A stretch of 64,000 nt of DNA, taken from assembly GCF_009914755.1 (NCBI RefSeq), contig NC_060929.1, one strand, 5' to 3'. A program made the translations under genes and the position numbers. A model generated the notes under the pieces. It had not been told where the DNA came from, did not search any database, and saw only the letters and a list, made by a program, of their open reading frames with translations. Shown piece by piece: positions 1 through 44,030 of this stretch (position 1 is the stretch's first letter; every line of letters starts with the position of its first letter). This DNA is from the human T2T-CHM13v2.0 reference genome, Homo sapiens.

Positions 1-138
1 CACACAGCCGCCTCCAGGGCAGTGCAGTCTTGGTGATGGGTGGCCCAGATCCCTGGAGAACGGTTACCATGGCAACCTGGGGCTCCCAGCCAGGGACTGA
101 TGATGGGAGGCCTGGTGCAGGTAGCATCCCTCTCTCAC

Positions 139-14505
<14,367 letters not shown>

Positions 14506-17454
14506 GCTTCGGGCCGGACCGGGCCGAACGGACAGACGCGCGGACGGACGGGCGGACGGAGGAGGAGGGAGGGAAAGAGGGAGTCGCCGCCGCCGCCTCG
14601 GAGCCTCTGCAGCGTCGCGAGCCGAGCGAGCCAGCGGCCGGGGGAGGGGAGCCGGCCGGCGGGGGGCGGGGGGCGCTGGCTCCGCCCGGCTCGCTCCCTC
14701 CGCTCGCTCGGTCCTAGCGCCGCCCCGGCCCGGCCCAGGGGGAGGCCCGCCCCCCCTTCCCGGCCTGCCCCGGGCGCCCCTCACCCACCGCCCCTGCGCG
14801 CCGCTCCAGGGCCAGCCCCACCCACGTCCCGAACCCTCACCTGCCCCGTCCGTAACCTCGGCGCTAGCCCTCCTTCCAGCCCCGAACCCAGTCCCGTCCC
14901 CACCTCCCCCCGCCCACCCCCCGTCCCAATCCGGTTCCGCCCCACCCATTGCTTCATTGATCTCCATTCCTGGTGCGTCCCACCTCAAGTTAAACCCATT
15001 TTCATCCCAACCCAGCTCACACAACACCCCACCCCTGGCCCGTCTCCTTTCCCTGAGAGGTCCTTGCCTAGTCTATCCCATCATATCCACTGTCATCTGC
15101 ATCCCACCCTCAAATCCACCCCAGTTGCTTTCCCATCCCAGCTTCAGCCCCATGCTTAGCACGTGTCCCCCCCAACATGTGTCACGGCACATCTTCAGTC
15201 CAACCCATCCCAGTCTCATCCTGATCCCAGTTCCCAATTCCCAACCACAGCCCCCCATCTCGGCTCCATGACCACTTATTCCAGGCCATTCTCAGCCCCT
15301 ACCCAGCTCATTATCCCTCCATTCCAGGCCTCTCCTCCCCTCCACGCCTGTGCCCTCTCAGATGGGGCCAGCTAGGAGATCCTTTGCATTCTCTCTCAAG
15401 CCTCACGCCTCCCAGAGGAGTCCCAAGTAGAGTTCCGGAAGCAGCATCTAACCCCAGACTCCCACGGCAGGGCTCCTCCAAGGACGCTCAGGGCCAGCCT
15501 CTTGGCACCTTTATCTCCTAAAGCTCTAAGCACAGAACGGGAGGGGGCCTCAGAAAAGTACCCCCTGCAAGGGAGTGGACACCATGCCAGGGCCTTCCAG
15601 AACTCCGTTCCTTGCTAGGTTGGGACCCTGAAACCGTCCACAGCGCTTAGAAGCCTTTTCCACCACTACAAAGCCTCCAACCTCGACCTCCCTGAGCAAA
15701 CTTCACCTGGTCCCAACCGCACCGCGGAGGAGGAGGTGGTTCTAGCCAGGCCTCCGAGTTCTGCGTTGGGTAATTGGCTATGCCAAGAGAAGGAGAGCAG
15801 GGCTGCCTATGTGGCAGTGTTCCTGGCGCTTTGGAGTTGGGAGAACCCTCTTAAAACTCAAAATACTCACAGGCCCCTGCCTTGGGAAGTCAGTGCCCAC
15901 TATGTCTAGGGACCACAGGCCATGGCAATTTCTCCATGGCCACCACTAGAGTGAGGCACCCAGGCAGGGACACAGCCAGGCCCTGTGCCCTAGACCAACT
16001 GGCCAGTAGGTGTGGTTGGCCTGCCATGGGGATCCCTAAGGGAGTGGGTGACACATGGTGGGGAAGGGAAGTGGGGAGAGCCATGGAGGGACAGAGCTTC
16101 AGCCATCCCCCACCCTTAGGCATGAAGAGCCTGATTCTGGTGAGGAGGGAGACCCTGCAGCCGGGGAGGGGCAGCAGATGGCTGGCCATGAGCATCTGTG
16201 GCCTCAGCCTCTTCCAGCTTCCTTTGATTTGTCCTAGCTCACAGCTCCTCGCCCCCCCCGCTCCCCTCACCCCCCAGCCTCCTGCACACTCAATTTTGCA
16301 TCCAAAAAACAGAAGCCCTAAATGCATCTAAGCTCTTCCTTCCTCAAATTCCTGCCTCCCCACCAGCCACCTACAAACTCTCCAGCCACGCCCACTCTCA
16401 CCTCTTGCCATCAACATTTTTAAATAAACTTTCTATTTTAGAACAGTGTTAGATTTACAGAAAAGTTACAAAGATAGTATAGAGAGTTCCCATACACCCT
16501 GCACTCAGTTTTCCCTATTTTCAGGGAAGCAAGGGTGTTCCCTGCTGGCATGCCCTAGAGCCCACTCCCCTGGTCTCCGCACCCGTCACCCTTCCAGGTT
16601 ATCTTCATCCCCTCATTTCTATAGGATGCAGACAGACATCTGTCCTCTGTCTCCTCCTCCCCGCATTTTCTCTGGCACTGCTCTGGCCAAGGTCACCAGT
16701 AACCCCTAACTTGCCAAACTCAGTGGACCCATAGTTCTCAGTTGCCCTGACTGGTGGGAGTGGGTGGCCACTGGTCACTGTCCTCTGAGAACCTGCCTCC
16801 TTTCAGCTGCTGTTGCCCCTGAAGCCCACACACTCAGCCTTGGTGGGTGGGAGGCTGGTGGGTTCCTCCTACCAGGACTTCGTGTCTGCCACCCCCAAAC
16901 CGATCACCCTTCAAGTCACTGACAGGTCGGTCTCTCCCACCCCCAGAGCATGAGCTCCCCCTACACACAGCGGGAGGCTGGGCCAATGACTTCTGGATCC
17001 CCAGAGTGGAAAAGATGAGACAAGGGAGGACTGAGATCCAGAAACTGGGCCTTTGCTGTGTGACCTTGGCTGAAACACTTCCCCTCTCTGAGTTTCCTTT
17101 TGATAACCTGTTGTGAGAATAAAATGGGACTGGATGGAGGCTTAGAAGGAGAACCCCCTCCCTCCCTCCCTCCTCACAGCCCCACCCTCCTCCCTCCACC
17201 CCCACCTTCCTGTTCTGTGCTCCCCCACACCTCTCCGGGAAGGTTTTAGGGCTGAGGGGAGGCTGCAAGACTTTTTCAGCAAGAGCTGGTGGAGTCTTCT
17301 CTGGCCTCTTCCAACCTCTGCAAGATCCCACCAAGCACACACACAGATTGCCCCTTGATCATCACAAAGCTCATGGCTGTTCCCAGGTATCTGCCCCCGG
17401 CGCCGGGCCAGCCACGTTCATTCACATTAGCTCTGCTCCTGAGGAGTCTATTGC

Positions 17455-17750
17455 TAATGGTGTGACCTTGAGCTTGGTGCCTGACCTATCTTGAATCACT
17501 CATCTTCAACTGTAATATGGGGGTGATAGTGATGGTACCTACCTCCTAGGGTCAGTTTGAGGATTTTCAAAAAGTATCTAGGAAGTGCTTAAAATGAGAC
17601 CAGGACATAGTAGGTGCTGTCAATGTGTTGATTGTTATTATTAGTTTACAGATGGGAATACTGAGGCCCAGAGAGAGTCAGTGACTTGCCCGGAGACACA
17701 CAGCTTTGTGTCCCATTCAGACACAAAGTCTGAATGGGAACCCAGGTCTG
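17455..17750. mobile_element. MIR fragments
   Basis: tgtgaccttg...ctgtaatatgggg and tttacagatgggaatactgaggcccagaga cores. Confidence 0.65.
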
Positions 17751-18009
17751 TCCCAGGTCATTTCGGTACCCCACACACCCTCCCCGCTTCCCCTTGTAGC
17801 ACCCCTATTTCTGCATGCAGGGGTGAGGTGGGCTGGAGTCTGATCAGAAGTTGCAGATGCTCCAGCTCTGAGGTCTGGGAGTGGAGTCGGGGGCGGGGCC
17901 CTGGGCATGAGGGGAGGAAGTGCCATGGACCTCCCTGCCAGGCCTGCTCCGCCTCCCGTTTTCTGGCAGACTTTCCACTTTCAGCTCTAAACAGGAGTAT
18001 GTCGTCCAA

Positions 18010-18715
18010 GCCAGGAAGGGTCAGACCCAGTGACTACTTCAGAGACAGACACATGACCCAAGTTAGTCCAATGGGCGTTGGCCCTCGGACTTTCGCTGGC
18101 GCCATTAAGAAAGCCTCCCTTGCCGGGAGCGGTGGCTCACGCCTGCAATCCCAGCACTTTGGGAGGCCGAGGCGAGCAGATCACGAGGTCAAGAGCTCAA
18201 GATCATCCTGGCCAACATGGTGAAACCCTGTCTCTACTAAAAATACAAAAATTAGCTGGGCGTGGTGTTGCATGCTTGTAGTCCCAGCTACTCAGGAGGC
18301 TGAGGCAGGAGAAACGCTTGAATCCGGGAGGCGGAGGTTGCAGTGGGCTGAGATCACACCACTGCACTCCAGCCTGGGCCACAGGGCGAGACGCCATCTC
18401 AAAATAAATAAATAAATAAAAAATAAAAGAAAAAAGAAAAGAAAGGCTCCCTCTGTCCGCTGGGGCTGCTGAGCTGGCCAGGTATGGGCCTGGAGCTGCT
18501 GGGGGCCATCCTTGCCAACAGTGGGGAGAGCCTTCTGAGAATGAAGCCAGCATTGAGGACAGCAGAGCCGAGAGGTGGAGAGCATGAGAGAGGGTCCCGG
18601 TAGCCGCCATGGGTACCTGGATCCAGCCAGGTCTGAAGCCATTCACTTTTTCAGTTCAATTATCCCCGTTTTTGCTTACACTAGCTTGAATTGCAGCTGA
18701 GAGGCCTACCTAATC
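18010..18715. mobile_element. MLT1-like LTR fragment interrupted by an AluS (18121-18444, +)
   Basis: The Alu is clear (TSD aagaaa(g/c)..tccct); the flanks resemble MaLR LTR (cacatgacccaagtt..ccaatg), which is a recollection-based call. Confidence 0.6.
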
Positions 18716-19271
18716 TGCCTCGTACCCAAGTAGTGGTCATTTTGTCAGTGGCAAGAAACTTGGGTGAAATCTCAGTTGATCTTCCAGTACTCCAAAAACC
18801 TGAGCGGGAGGGCCCAGGCTGGTCCTGGGGTCCTCACTGGCTCAGAAGTGGCTCCCCCCGCACAATCTCCCAAGTGGCTGGTGCTGGTGTCCTGAGTTCC
18901 CCCAGGCTGTCAGTCAGCGAGCTTGTTCTTGTTCCACCATGACCCCCGGAACCCTGGTCCCCTCCCCTCCTTCCTTTAAGGCCTCCGTTGGGAGGGGTTC
19001 TTCTTCCAGTCTCAGGGTCAGCTTTGGATTTAGGCAGTCTCAAGTTCAAAGGGCGACCTGTGGCCAGCCCTTTAGCCCAGGGCCTCAGCTCCCTTCCTGT
19101 GGCAGGGCCACCTGGAGAGTCTGAGGATGGTGTGTGTACCTTATGTGTGTACCAAGGCCATGTGGGGCCCTGCACTGAGGAGGCAGTGGCAGAATCATGA
19201 GGGCCTGCCTCTGTACTCTGGCAAAACAGTTCCTCGCCCTCCACCGCCTCTCTCCCTGCTGATCCAAATGA

Positions 19272-19950
<679 letters not shown>

Positions 19951-21320
19951 TGATCCTTGGAGTGGCAGTCCAGGCCATTCCATCTGGGTGACTCTGTACA
20001 AGTCACTGATCCTCTCTGAGCCTCAGTACCCTCATCTGAAACATGCCTGTAATAATGTGTTCTCAAAGGTGTTATGATGATTAAATGACATGTGATTGCA
20101 TCATGTTTCCGGCCTACGGAGTGAGGGTGGCTGTTTCAAGGAGGTGCCTGGCACCTGCTCCTGCCCCACTCTAGGCCAGCTCCAGCTCCACGGTTCTGCA
20201 TTTGCCCCTGCCCTTCACCCCACTCTCTCCTTACAGCCCCCTCCCAACTTCTCCCATCTTCTCCCACCATCCTCCAGCAGATGCCTCCCAGGCCTCTCCC
20301 GCCACCCACACCCTGGCCTCTCAGCTGAGCTTGGCGGTCATCTTGGCCCACCACAGCCAAACCTCTTAAAAGAGCTGTCTGCACTCTCTCCTTCCACATC
20401 CTCCCCACCCTCCCGCCTTGTTCCTCTTTAACCCTGGCAGCCGCCCCAGCTCGGCTAAACTGATCTGGCAAATGTCACCTTGTTGTGAAATGCCACGAGG
20501 GACTCCTCGGCCTTATCTGCCTGGTTGACATTGTCGGCAGCTTCTTGACACGCTCTTGCCCTGTCCAGGCTTCCTTGCCCCTTCCCTGGAGGTTGTTGTC
20601 CTCCTGCCCTGGCCGTGCTGTTCCTGCCCAGTGCTGTGATGCTGGTGTTCCGGCGTCTCACCTCCTCACTATGCTGGGCCCTGGCCGTCCTCATGCTGGA
20701 TTTGGCCCACATTTGTTATTTTTCTAATAGGATTAAAAAAAAAATCTAATGTAGTTGCCAATATTCAAACACCAGATCTCACATACAAATCTGAACCTCT
20801 GGACGCTGTCGATAAACTGGCAGATCTGGCCGTGCTGCTCGGCGTTCCCAGACGGGCTCCCGGCTACAGTTACCATCCGTCCCTGTGCCCTTCTCGCTTG
20901 TATCCATGGGAACCGAGGACGGACGGAGAGGGCTTCACAGTTCAAGAGAAGTGGGAGAGAGCACATTTCCTTGTGGAAGTGAAAGCTACTCTGTGGTTAA
21001 CATGCCAAGGATGTCCAGGTTGAAAGAAAACCACATCCCATCTGCTTGACCCCTGATGCTCCCTGCGTGGGCCCTGCTCCTGGCTCTCCCTAGGCCTCAG
21101 TGACCAGCATTTATGTTGACTGCCCTGAGCCTGTCTCAAATTCATTCCCGAATTGAAGTGGAGGTGAATCCAGACTTGAATCTTCAGCTGTTTCCTGAAT
21201 GTGTCTCCTAAATGTCCCACAGGTGCCTCGTGATCATTCAACAAACACTTACTGGGCATCCACTATATGCCAGGCACTGACATAAAGTCACTCCGGCAAG
21301 GCATCATGAAAATAACACGA

Positions 21321-22725
<1,405 letters not shown>

Positions 22726-23173
22726 GCCCTTCTCGTCTCTTAAAGGGGACCGGGCCAAGGGCCTGTTGAGAAGACTAACAGATGTGTTGCAGGTCCTCAT
22801 GCCAGGGACCACTGAAGGACGGGCAGCCATGGCACACTGAGCTGTCCTGGCCTACTTAAGGCTTCTCTTCAGTCTTTCCAGTCCAGGCTTGGGACAGGAG
22901 AGATGACAGTCCCTCTAGGGTGGTGCGGGCATCAGTGGGAGGCAGGAAGCCCCAGAGTGACGGCGCCACCACCAAGGTCTACAGTCCTCCAGGTACCGGG
23001 CAGAAGTCAGCTTCCCAGAGAGATGCTCGCTGGCAAATGGTACTCAGTGCCAGCCAGTCCTGGGACAGCGCACCCAGCTTCAGGCCTGGATTCTAGTCTG
23101 GCTCATGGCTCAATGACAGCGTGACCTTGGTCAAGTCTCCCAATCTTTCTGTGCCTCATCTAGAAAATAAGTG

Positions 23174-23330
23174 GGCCAGGCATGGTGGCTCACACCTGTA
23201 ATGCCAGCACTTTGGGGCTAAGGAGGAAGAATTGCTTGAGCCCAGGAGTTTGAAACCAGCCCGGGCAACCTAGGGAGATCCTGTCTCTTAAAAACAAAAA
23301 AAATTAAAGTTAAAAAAGAAAAAATGAAAT
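23174..23330 (+). mobile_element. FLAM / Alu monomer
   Basis: Left monomer plus A-rich tail. Confidence 0.75.
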
Positions 23331-23821
23331 AAGTGATTGCAGACAACGGCGCAAGGTTGCTAGGAGGTTCGCGGGAGACAGCGTGAGCATGTCTGGTATA
23401 GGCCAGATGCCTGGCAACGCTCCTGTCCTTCTCTCCATCCCTCATCCCCCGGACCTGCCACTGGGTCCCATCTCTGCCATATTACTCTCTGCCCCTCCCT
23501 TGCCTGGCCCCCGCCCCTAGGCCCTGCTGCAACTCCTCCTCCCAGCCTCCCTCCTGCACTCCCTCAGTGTTCTGGGGCCTCTTTTCTGCAATACAACACA
23601 AACCTATTTCAAACTCTGCTGTGCCTTGCCCTGCCCTAACCTCAAGAGACAGCCCCAGCTCTACTGCCTGGCACTCGTGGCTTCCCAGGACCTAAGGGCT
23701 ACCCTCTCCAGCCCTGCCTTCTTCTGTTTGGACGGCAGCTGGCCCCTCCAGGACTTTGCTGTGGCCATTGCTGTTTTCCACACCATATCTCTGCAGATCC
23801 ACCCCCAACTACAACTACCCT

Positions 23822-24133
<312 letters not shown>

Positions 24134-24397
24134 AACTACCCTTCCTAACTACCCTTCTCTAACCTCCAAGCCAGGCCAGACCAGTGGCTCCCCTCATGTC
24201 TGTGGGCACCGGGCCTGGCACATGGGGTCTCGCCTGTACCTCCTCCACTAACCATGAGCCCGCCATGTCTGCATCACGAGGACCACCCAGATGGCCAGCC
24301 CAAGAAAACCATCTTACTCTCCACCCTGCCACGTGCCTCAAATTCTGCCCCTCCGGATGCACAGGGGAAGGGCACACAAGACACAGCTGGGTACAGG

Positions 24398-24403
24398 TTT
24401 ATT
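24398..24403 (-). terminator. PDLIM7 polyadenylation signal AATAAA
   Basis: tttatt on the plus strand, ~230 nt after the stop, followed by GU-rich sequence. Confidence 0.85.
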
Positions 24404-24631
24404 GTGGCACTGGAGGTGAAAGGGGGCTGGTGTGGCCAGCACCGGTGTGCTGTGGTGGTGGAGGGAGTGGGGTGGGAGGATAAGGTGGGTGGGGCAGGGC
24501 CCAGGGAGCCCCAGGCTCGGGCCAGGAGCCAGGGTTAAGGCAACCATTGCCAGCCCTACCCAGAAATGCAGGGCCACGACTCCAGGCCCCTCAGGCTAGG
24601 GGCCACCGCGGCAGCTGTGGGCAGAAGGGGC

Positions 24632-37486
<12,855 letters not shown>

Positions 37487-37980
37487 GATGCCGGCTCCTG
37501 AGAGGAGAGAAGAGAAGGTGAGTGGCCAGCATGGTGGGCGGGCAGGCAGGCAGGCCGGGCCAGCTCAGGATACCAGCCTTGGACAGGGGCCAGGCAGGCA
37601 CGGGCAGCCCCTGAGCACGCCCAAGCCATAGGAGGCAGGTATTTTGTCAGGCTGGCCTGGGCTGCTGGCTGGCGGACCTCACTTTGGAAAGACAGGAGCA
37701 GCCCCCCTCCCCTTGGGACTGGAACGGTGAGGGGTGCCTGAATCCAGGCTTGAGGTTCTTTGCAACCAGGGGTGGGCCGAGGGACTAAACTGGCGCGGCC
37801 TCCCCCCAAGCCAGCCTGGAGCCTCGGGCGGCCGGGTGAGTCAGGGGCCGGCTCTCCTCTCCCCCGCCCCCAGGTCCCGGCAGGCAGGCCGCGGCTGGAG
37901 CCTGCTCGGACTATATAAGGCGTGTAAGCTGACACTGTGCGGAGAGCCAGCGGAGGGAGCACACGGGGGCTTGGGACGCG

Positions 37981-38041
37981 AGGGGGAGGGGAGGGGAGGG
38001 GAGGGGAGGGGAGGGGAGGGGAGGGGAGGGGAGGGGAGGGA
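37981..38041. repeat. (GGGGA)n simple repeat, G-quadruplex-prone
   Basis: About 12 tandem GGGGA units. Confidence 0.95.
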
Positions 38042-38279
38042 GGCGGCTGCAGCGGATCCTCCTAGCCATTCCGGGACCAGTCGAGGCTGCTGGGAGCCAG
38101 GGCGGGACCCCTGGGTGCTGAAGAAGGGGAAGGCGGGAGTGGGGTGCGGCCCCTGTGGAGACAGATGGGGGCTGGGACCCTCAAGCATAGCTTGGAGGGG
38201 GATCCTTCCCCGAGCCCAGTGGGGGGTGGTGCCTCCCACACAGAACTGCTCCCACACCGACGTGACTCAGTTTCCCCTT

Positions 38280-39360
38280 AGTCCCCCGCCCGGGCCCCAT
38301 GCATTAGACTGGCCCCGGCCGCAGGAAGCGGCGCAGGCGCCAATCGGCCCCGCCGCAGCCGGCTTAGCGGCAGGAAGGCGGGGGCGGGGGCGGAGGCAGG
38401 GGCCAGGGCCAGCGGGAGGAAGCACAGCCTGGACCACGACCCCCAGTGCCCTTTGTGGTCCTCAGCAGGCCCCGGGCGCCCGCCTGGTGCAGCCCAAGAC
38501 GCCCCGCGCGGTCGTCGATACCTGCTTGGCCCGGCCAGGGCGCTGCTCTGCGTCGGGCTCCAGGGAGCCTCGTTGGGATCGGCCGCCAGTGTTCTGACCC
38601 CGCCCCCACAGCCACCCTCCACTTTGAGCGCGCGGACGGGGGCGGGGCACCAGGCCACGCCCTCGTCGCGACCACGCCCACTAGACTTTCTCCGCTGGTG
38701 GAAAGCCCCACCCAGCTCTTCCGTCCTGCCCAATCACCAAGTCCCGTCGGGCTTAGAGCTGAGAGGCCTCGCCGACCCGGGCCCTGCAACGGGGCGGAGT
38801 CGGGAGGGGGCCGGGGCTGCGGGTCGCCTCCTTAGGGAAGCGCTGCCTCGCCCAGTCCCTCGCACCGCCCGCTGGCGGAGGGAGAGGAAAGCGGACCTTC
38901 AAACCAGACCGACCTGGGACATAGTAGTCTCTGAACCTTAGTTTGCTACTCCGAAAAATGGGACGATCATACTCGCCTCGCAGGGCTGCCGCGAGTGTCG
39001 GTATCGTAGGCGCAACCCTCGGGGACTGCAGAATCTGTAAATCAGAGGGGCTGGGGGAGACAAGTTGAGGGGGACAGGGGCGTTTAAAGCTAGAGTTGCG
39101 CAACGCTCTGCCGAAGGCAGGAAAACAGGGCAGGAGCGGACGCCGGATGTCCCTGCAACCCCGAGCCGACCCGCGCACCGTCGGAAGCGCCGCGTCCCGC
39201 TCCACCTTGGCCAGAGCGGACTGCGCCGCCTGGGAGGCGTCCTCAGAGTCCCGGCCCCGCGTTCAGCCCAGGCACTAGGGCCGGCGGCACGGACACTGAG
39301 CACATGCGGGTGTCGGGGTGAGGGAAGGGGCGTCCACCCTCCACTCGCTTGGTGGTCCCG
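38280..39360. promoter_or_regulatory. PDLIM7 CpG-island promoter with non-coding exon 1 (~38522-38595, minus)
   Basis: CpG-rich, GC boxes, CAG|GTATC donor at 38522/38521. Confidence 0.85.
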
Positions 39361-40005
39361 GCCCATCACCTCCTCCTAGGACAGAGTCGCTGCAGTTCTC
39401 CCCTCTCCATCCACAGTCATCACACCCACCCTGTTCTGCACAAACCGCCGTGAGAGTTCTCGTCGTTAAAGACCTTCTCTTGACCCCACATCCCTCTCCA
39501 GCTACTACCCTTTAATTCTCCTCTCGAGAGTAAAATTCCTCCAGGGAGTTGTCTGTTTATCGCGTCTCCACTTGCTTTCCTTCAGTTATCTCTTGAAGCC
39601 ATGCCAGGCGGGCTCTTGTCCGCACCCGTCCCCTGAGATCTCTCTTCTCAAGGTCCCCTGTGGCCTGGAGGCCATGGGGCCATGGAATCCGTGGTGGTTA
39701 AGTTTCATCCTGCCCTGCCTAGGGGCAGCACTGGTCCAGGTTGATCCTTTTCCGCGAAACACCCTTTTTCCCTGGCTTCACAGCTTCCCCCTGCCCCACT
39801 GGCCCCTCCTTCCCATCCTCCTCTGCCTCTGGCCTTGGCCATCTGATGTCGCCTCTCTTTATGCTCACCCCCTGAGACCCCGTACTGTCCTGTGGCTTTC
39901 AACACCACCTATATGCAAAGGCATCCCATGTTTCATGGCCAGCCTGACCTCTCCCCAGGAACTCTAACTCCATTATCCAAAACCCTGCCTAGATGTTTAC
40001 TAGAT

Positions 40006-40623
<618 letters not shown>

Positions 40624-41027
40624 TACTAGGTATCTCAGACCATCATGGCCCAATTCAAACTTGTGCCTTTCCCACCTTCCTAACTCCTTCCTCACTTCAA
40701 GAAGTGCCACCAACATTTATCCAACTGGTTCAGCAGAAACGATGAAGTTATCCTTTCTCTTCTGTCCTCCCCCAGATTCTGCAAATTCCACCTTCAACAT
40801 GTTCACATCTAACCGCTGCTGCCACCATTGTCCCAGCCACTGCCATTTTGTGCCTGCGCCCCTGTAACGGTCTCCTAACGGGCATCCCTGCTTTCACCCT
40901 TGCCCCTTCCAGAGTCTTCACGAAGCAGCCAAAGTGATATTTTTAAAGCCAGAATCACAGCACCATGTCACTCTCAGCTTTTAGCATTCCAGTGGGCTCA
41001 TATTGCACTCAAAACTGAAGTCCTTAA

Positions 41028-41555
<528 letters not shown>

Positions 41556-41718
41556 TAGGTCTCTGCTCAGATGTGGCCTCCTCCCAGGGCCTTTCCTGAT
41601 CACAGCTGAAACAGCAATCCCTGGATGCCTCACCCGCATCACACACTAGGCCCTCCCTCTGCTTTATTTTTCCCCATAGCATCTCCATCATCTCACATTC
41701 TGTATGAAATGTTTGTTT

Positions 41719-42668
41719 ATTTAAGAATCCCACAGCACCAGAGACATCTGGATGTGGAAAAGGCATCTCCAGATTCCATGTGTGGAGGGAGATGGGGGAA
41801 TGGGGACTCTCTGCGGTGCTCTTTCCAGGGTGTGTTCTTTGTTAGGACAATGAAGACACACAGCTAATGTGTCTTATCTAACATTTCCCCAGGGCCAGCA
41901 CACAGTGGATGTGAATGAACACACGAAGAAAGGAAGGATTGACAAAGTGAAACAGCAAATGAGCAAAGGAAGAGGCGGCAGCCTGGGGGTCCTGGCAGTC
42001 CTCCAGCAGAGAGGACCCCAGGCTCCCATTCCTTGGGCTGGTGCAAGGCTCTGGTCTGTGTCCCCTGGGGAGCCTCCCAGCACAGGCAGCCCCTGCGTAG
42101 CAACTGGACCTGGACAAGGACCCAGCGCCCTCTGGTGGCCGAGACTCCTGAGGCTCCAGGCCAGGCCTCTAGCGTCCTGGTGGTTTCCAAGGACTTTCTT
42201 TCCCACAGTCCCCTTGGAATATCACAGAAATCCCTAGGAAACAAAGCAGCTCAGATTTGTAATGAAGGAAAGGATGCCATGCTGGGTCCCCAGAGTCCTG
42301 GGTTCTGGTTCTAGCCATGCCCCTGACTCTCTGGGTGACCTTCAGCGTGTCCTGGGATTTGAGCTGCCAAGGGCTGGGCTTGGGCTTGCCACTGTAGGGA
42401 GTGGGGGTGCCTGCAGCAGCACCTCGACTGCCCGCCTCTTGGCCTCAGCTTGCTCTAAGACCTTACCCATCAGGAAGTGCTTGCATGAATAAGTGAGCCG
42501 AAATCTTCCTCCCTATGGCTCTAGCATCCCTCCAGGCTTTGCATTCTGTGTCCACACACATCCTGGAAGAACACCAGAGTCTCCATTCCCCCAACCCCCT
42601 TTCACCCATGGGATCTGGAGATGTCTTTTCCACATCCAGATGTCTCGTGTGCAGTGGGATTCCTAAAT
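41719..42668. repeat. ~115-bp inverted repeat (41719-41835 / 42556-42668)
   Basis: Core gagacatctggatgtggaaaagNcatctccagatNccatg matches the reverse complement at 38/40 positions. Confidence 0.9.
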
Positions 42669-42765
42669 CTGGAGCTCAGGGGGAGGTGTGCACTGAAGAC
42701 AGACCTTCGGGGTCATTAGCACCTAGAGGGTCTGTGACACCTGGAGAATGACTGGCTTGCTGAGG

Positions 42766-42995
42766 CCAGTGGTTCCCAGCCTAGGCTGCATACTACAATC
42801 ATCCGGAAATCCAGTGAGCGTGGATGCCCAGAACCCACCTACCAGACTGATGAAATCAGAGCCCCTGCGTGTGGGCCCAGGCATGGGCATTTGATTTTTA
42901 AAATTTTTTATTTTCTTGGTAGATCACTCACAGAACATGCATGGACATTTTTACAGGCTTTCAGGAGATTCTTTGTGTAGCAGGGTTGAGCTACA
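42766..42995. mobile_element. MER5-like DNA transposon fragment
   Basis: cagtggttcccagcctaggctgcat...cagggttgag. Confidence 0.6.
42907..42912 (-). terminator. Distal DOK3 polyA signal
   Basis: AATAAA downstream of the alternative terminal exon. Confidence 0.6.
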
Positions 42996-44030
42996 CTACA
43001 TCTGAGCCTAGGACCCTGGGAAGAACTCAGAGAAGGCAGCAGTAGAGGCTGGGAAGGAGATTGTTATGAGGTAGGAGGAATAGCAAGTAACGGGGGTGTT
43101 TCAAGAACCAGAGCTGAGTGCTGCTGAGAAGTCAAAGTCCTTGTTGCTTTTGTTTTGGAGAATAAGGTTCGTGACTCTAATAAAAGCCACATAATGGCAT
43201 CATGGGGATGAAGGAGAGTTAATTGAGGGGAGAATGGGGGTGAGAAAGTGGAAATGAAAGTAATCAACAACTCTTTTGAACAGTTTTTGCTGTGAAGAGG
43301 AACAGAGAAACAGAGGTGGCCGAAGAGGAATGTGAGGTCAAGGGAAGGTTTAAAATGTGAAATTACAGAGCATGTTTGCGTGTGGCTGGAAAAGCTGCTG
43401 GTAGGATGAATGGGCGCAGGAGAGAGTGGGGACAGCTCAATTTTCCAAGCTCTGAGGTGAAAGGAGCCGGGATCAGAGCACAGCTGGGGACAGACACTGT
43501 TTCTACTGTAGGGGTAGGAAGAAGACAGATGGATGCCAGTACACTTGCAGATACGGTGGGAGAGCCTGACCTGTTTCCCCAATATGCCTGTGAGGAGACA
43601 TTGGGTGGGGATAGACAGGAGGTTCTGGGGAGGAGAAAAGCTGCCCTACTAGGGAACAGGGTCTCTTGTGGCAGGGAGTGCCTGCCTTGCACTGTTAAGA
43701 AGGATGCAGGCAGTCTGCTTAAATGGATTTCTCTGGCTGTGGGCAGCTGTGTGCAGGCACTGAGGAGGTCTGGGCTCGCCCAAGGCCGGGGACTTTGCCA
43801 GACCAGTAAGATGAAACGAGAGAGAACAGGGGGAAGGGACTATGGAGAACAAAGAGGGGATGGTGGGCAGAGGCCTCGAAGAGCCAGAAAAGGGTCCCTG
43901 CAGGTCGACATGCCTAGGCAGGGGCGGTACTGGCCGCACTAAAGGAAGTGAGCTGGAAGGAGGTGGCGGCCAGAGGATGAGGCTTGGACAGGAGAGAGCA
44001 AAAATTGTGTGTCCGTCATGAAAATGAGGT

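Noticed and set aside
20440-21020. Non-Alu stretch with short ORFs (and a similar one at ~2880-3215)
   Set aside because: Looks like a decayed hAT-Charlie-type MER; cannot assign a family or gene without Dfam
37734-38941. 287-aa and other ORFs at the PDLIM7 promoter
   Set aside because: Run through the GGGGA repeat and CpG island; compositional artefacts
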